Source: Nitrosopumilus sp. (lineage in GTDB: Archaea > Thermoproteota > Nitrososphaeria > Nitrososphaerales > Nitrosopumilaceae). Taken from it: DNA of 64,000 nucleotides. Both the position numbers and the translations under genes were made by a program. The DNA lies in contig OZ244650.1 of the NCBI GenBank assembly GCA_965218785.1, positions 1,120,001-1,184,000 on the forward strand, read 5' to 3'. The notes beneath the pieces are model-generated. The model searched no databases. It was not told the DNA's origin and saw only the letters and a program-made list of their open reading frames with translations. This document shows positions 63,340 to 64,000 of this stretch, piece by piece; position 1 is the first letter of the stretch; each line of letters opens with the position of its first letter.

Positions 63340-63810
63340 TTAATCATCACATATTCTAAGTTTGAATCGGATTACTTTTCTACCTTCTCCGTTTGAATTT
63401 CTTTCCATATCCGAATAATGTGATTCGTAACACACACGGAATTGATACTCCAAATGATTTTGTTGACGTTTTATAAAATAAAGCATCATCCGACCAACAT
63501 TATGTGATTCCAATATTGCATTATTACGATTCGTTATTTTTTGGTCGCCTAGTCCAGACCCCGTATATGTCAGATATTCGTGATTCTCATCCACCGTATC
63601 GGAATACTGCTCTAGTGTAGGGATTTTAGGAATGGTGGTGATCAAAACAATACATTCGTTGGGAGTTGACGGACGTATCCCCCCAGTATTTTGCACGTCA
63701 AATTTTTCACGTAGATCGTCTTCAGTAAAAACATCGCCACGTTTTGGGATTAGATTTTTCTGTTCTTCACTCAAGTACGTTGACAAACATGGATTTTTTT
63801 TATCTGTCAA
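63340..63810 (-). CDS. Stand-alone SRA/YDG-like modified-base-binding domain
   Basis: GGIRPST..IVLI..YSD..LTYTGSG.GDQ..NNAIL..RKVIRFKL, as in SRA-HNH type IV enzymes but without HNH. Confidence 0.7.
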   Translation of the reverse strand: MTDKKNPCLSTYLSEEQKNLIPKRGDVFTEDDLREKFDVQNTGGIRPSTPNECIVLITTIPKIPTLEQYSDTVDENHEYLTYTGSGLGDQKITNRNNAILESHNVGRMMLYFIKRQQNHLEYQFRVCYESHYSDMERNSNGEGRKVIRFKLRICDD

Positions 63811-63880
63811 CTCAATATCGTCTCCCCCCCCTATTGTATATAATTAAATCGCTCTACGTCCGAGATTGATTGTATTGTAG

Positions 63881-64000
63881 ATGAACAAGTCATGAGATAA
63901 AATCGGAGACATATTAATCCCAGAGTAGAAAATTAACACACATAATCACAGGTACTAAATAACCAATATTTCTAAATTCGAGTTTAGAAACATAATATAT
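63881..64000 (+). repeat. ~120-bp direct repeat, copy 3 (palindrome at 63966-63993), cut by the window edge
   Basis: atgaacaagtcatgagataaaatc...atatttctaaa-ttcgag-tttagaaacat. Confidence 0.8.

Noticed and set aside
208-63847. Numerous 60-150 aa antisense or overlapping ORFs in the track (e.g. 208-459, 9477-9782, 39637-40125, 52179-52442)
   Set aside because: They are shadows of well-supported genes on the opposite strand or read-through of IS ends, with no motifs.
62310-64000. CRISPR locus (Cas2-like gene next to repeats)
   Set aside because: Repeats are ~120 bp with gene-sized spacers, no cas1 or other cas genes are present, and the small protein fits a stand-alone Cas2/VapD-like family.

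Overview
AT-rich archaeal DNA, most likely a Nitrosopumilaceae (Thaumarchaeota) genome and possibly a host-associated lineage. This is inferred from a DUF2299-type protein, archaeal wHTH/TATA features, an NHL-repeat fragment and a heavy load of IS debris. Almost the whole window is a defence/accessory island. It carries Vsr, McrBC, HNH nucleases, PIN proteins, a KAP-like NTPase, a DUF1998 helicase operon, an extra SbcCD next to a GHKL-HExxH protein, a type IIG R-M gene split at a G17 tract, an EgtD-like methyltransferase with an in-frame G18 tract, a GTPase + GAP1-N2-like locus and a stand-alone SRA domain. The best candidate for an undescribed system is 18269-26895: two convergent operons, each with a paralogous ParB-like protein, plus an SNF2 helicase, a DUF3883 nuclease, an N4C/N6A methyltransferase and an REase-like/SWIM/Zn-ribbon protein. 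A second candidate is at the right edge (62765-64000): three ~120-bp direct repeats, each with an 11-6-11 dif-like palindrome, separating single-gene cassettes. Modules are separated by about a dozen IS3-derived TG...CA ends or MITEs, and a 1.7-kb HNH segment is duplicated up to one such end. No rRNA, tRNA or CRISPR array was seen. All protein calls come from motif recognition by eye, not database searches.
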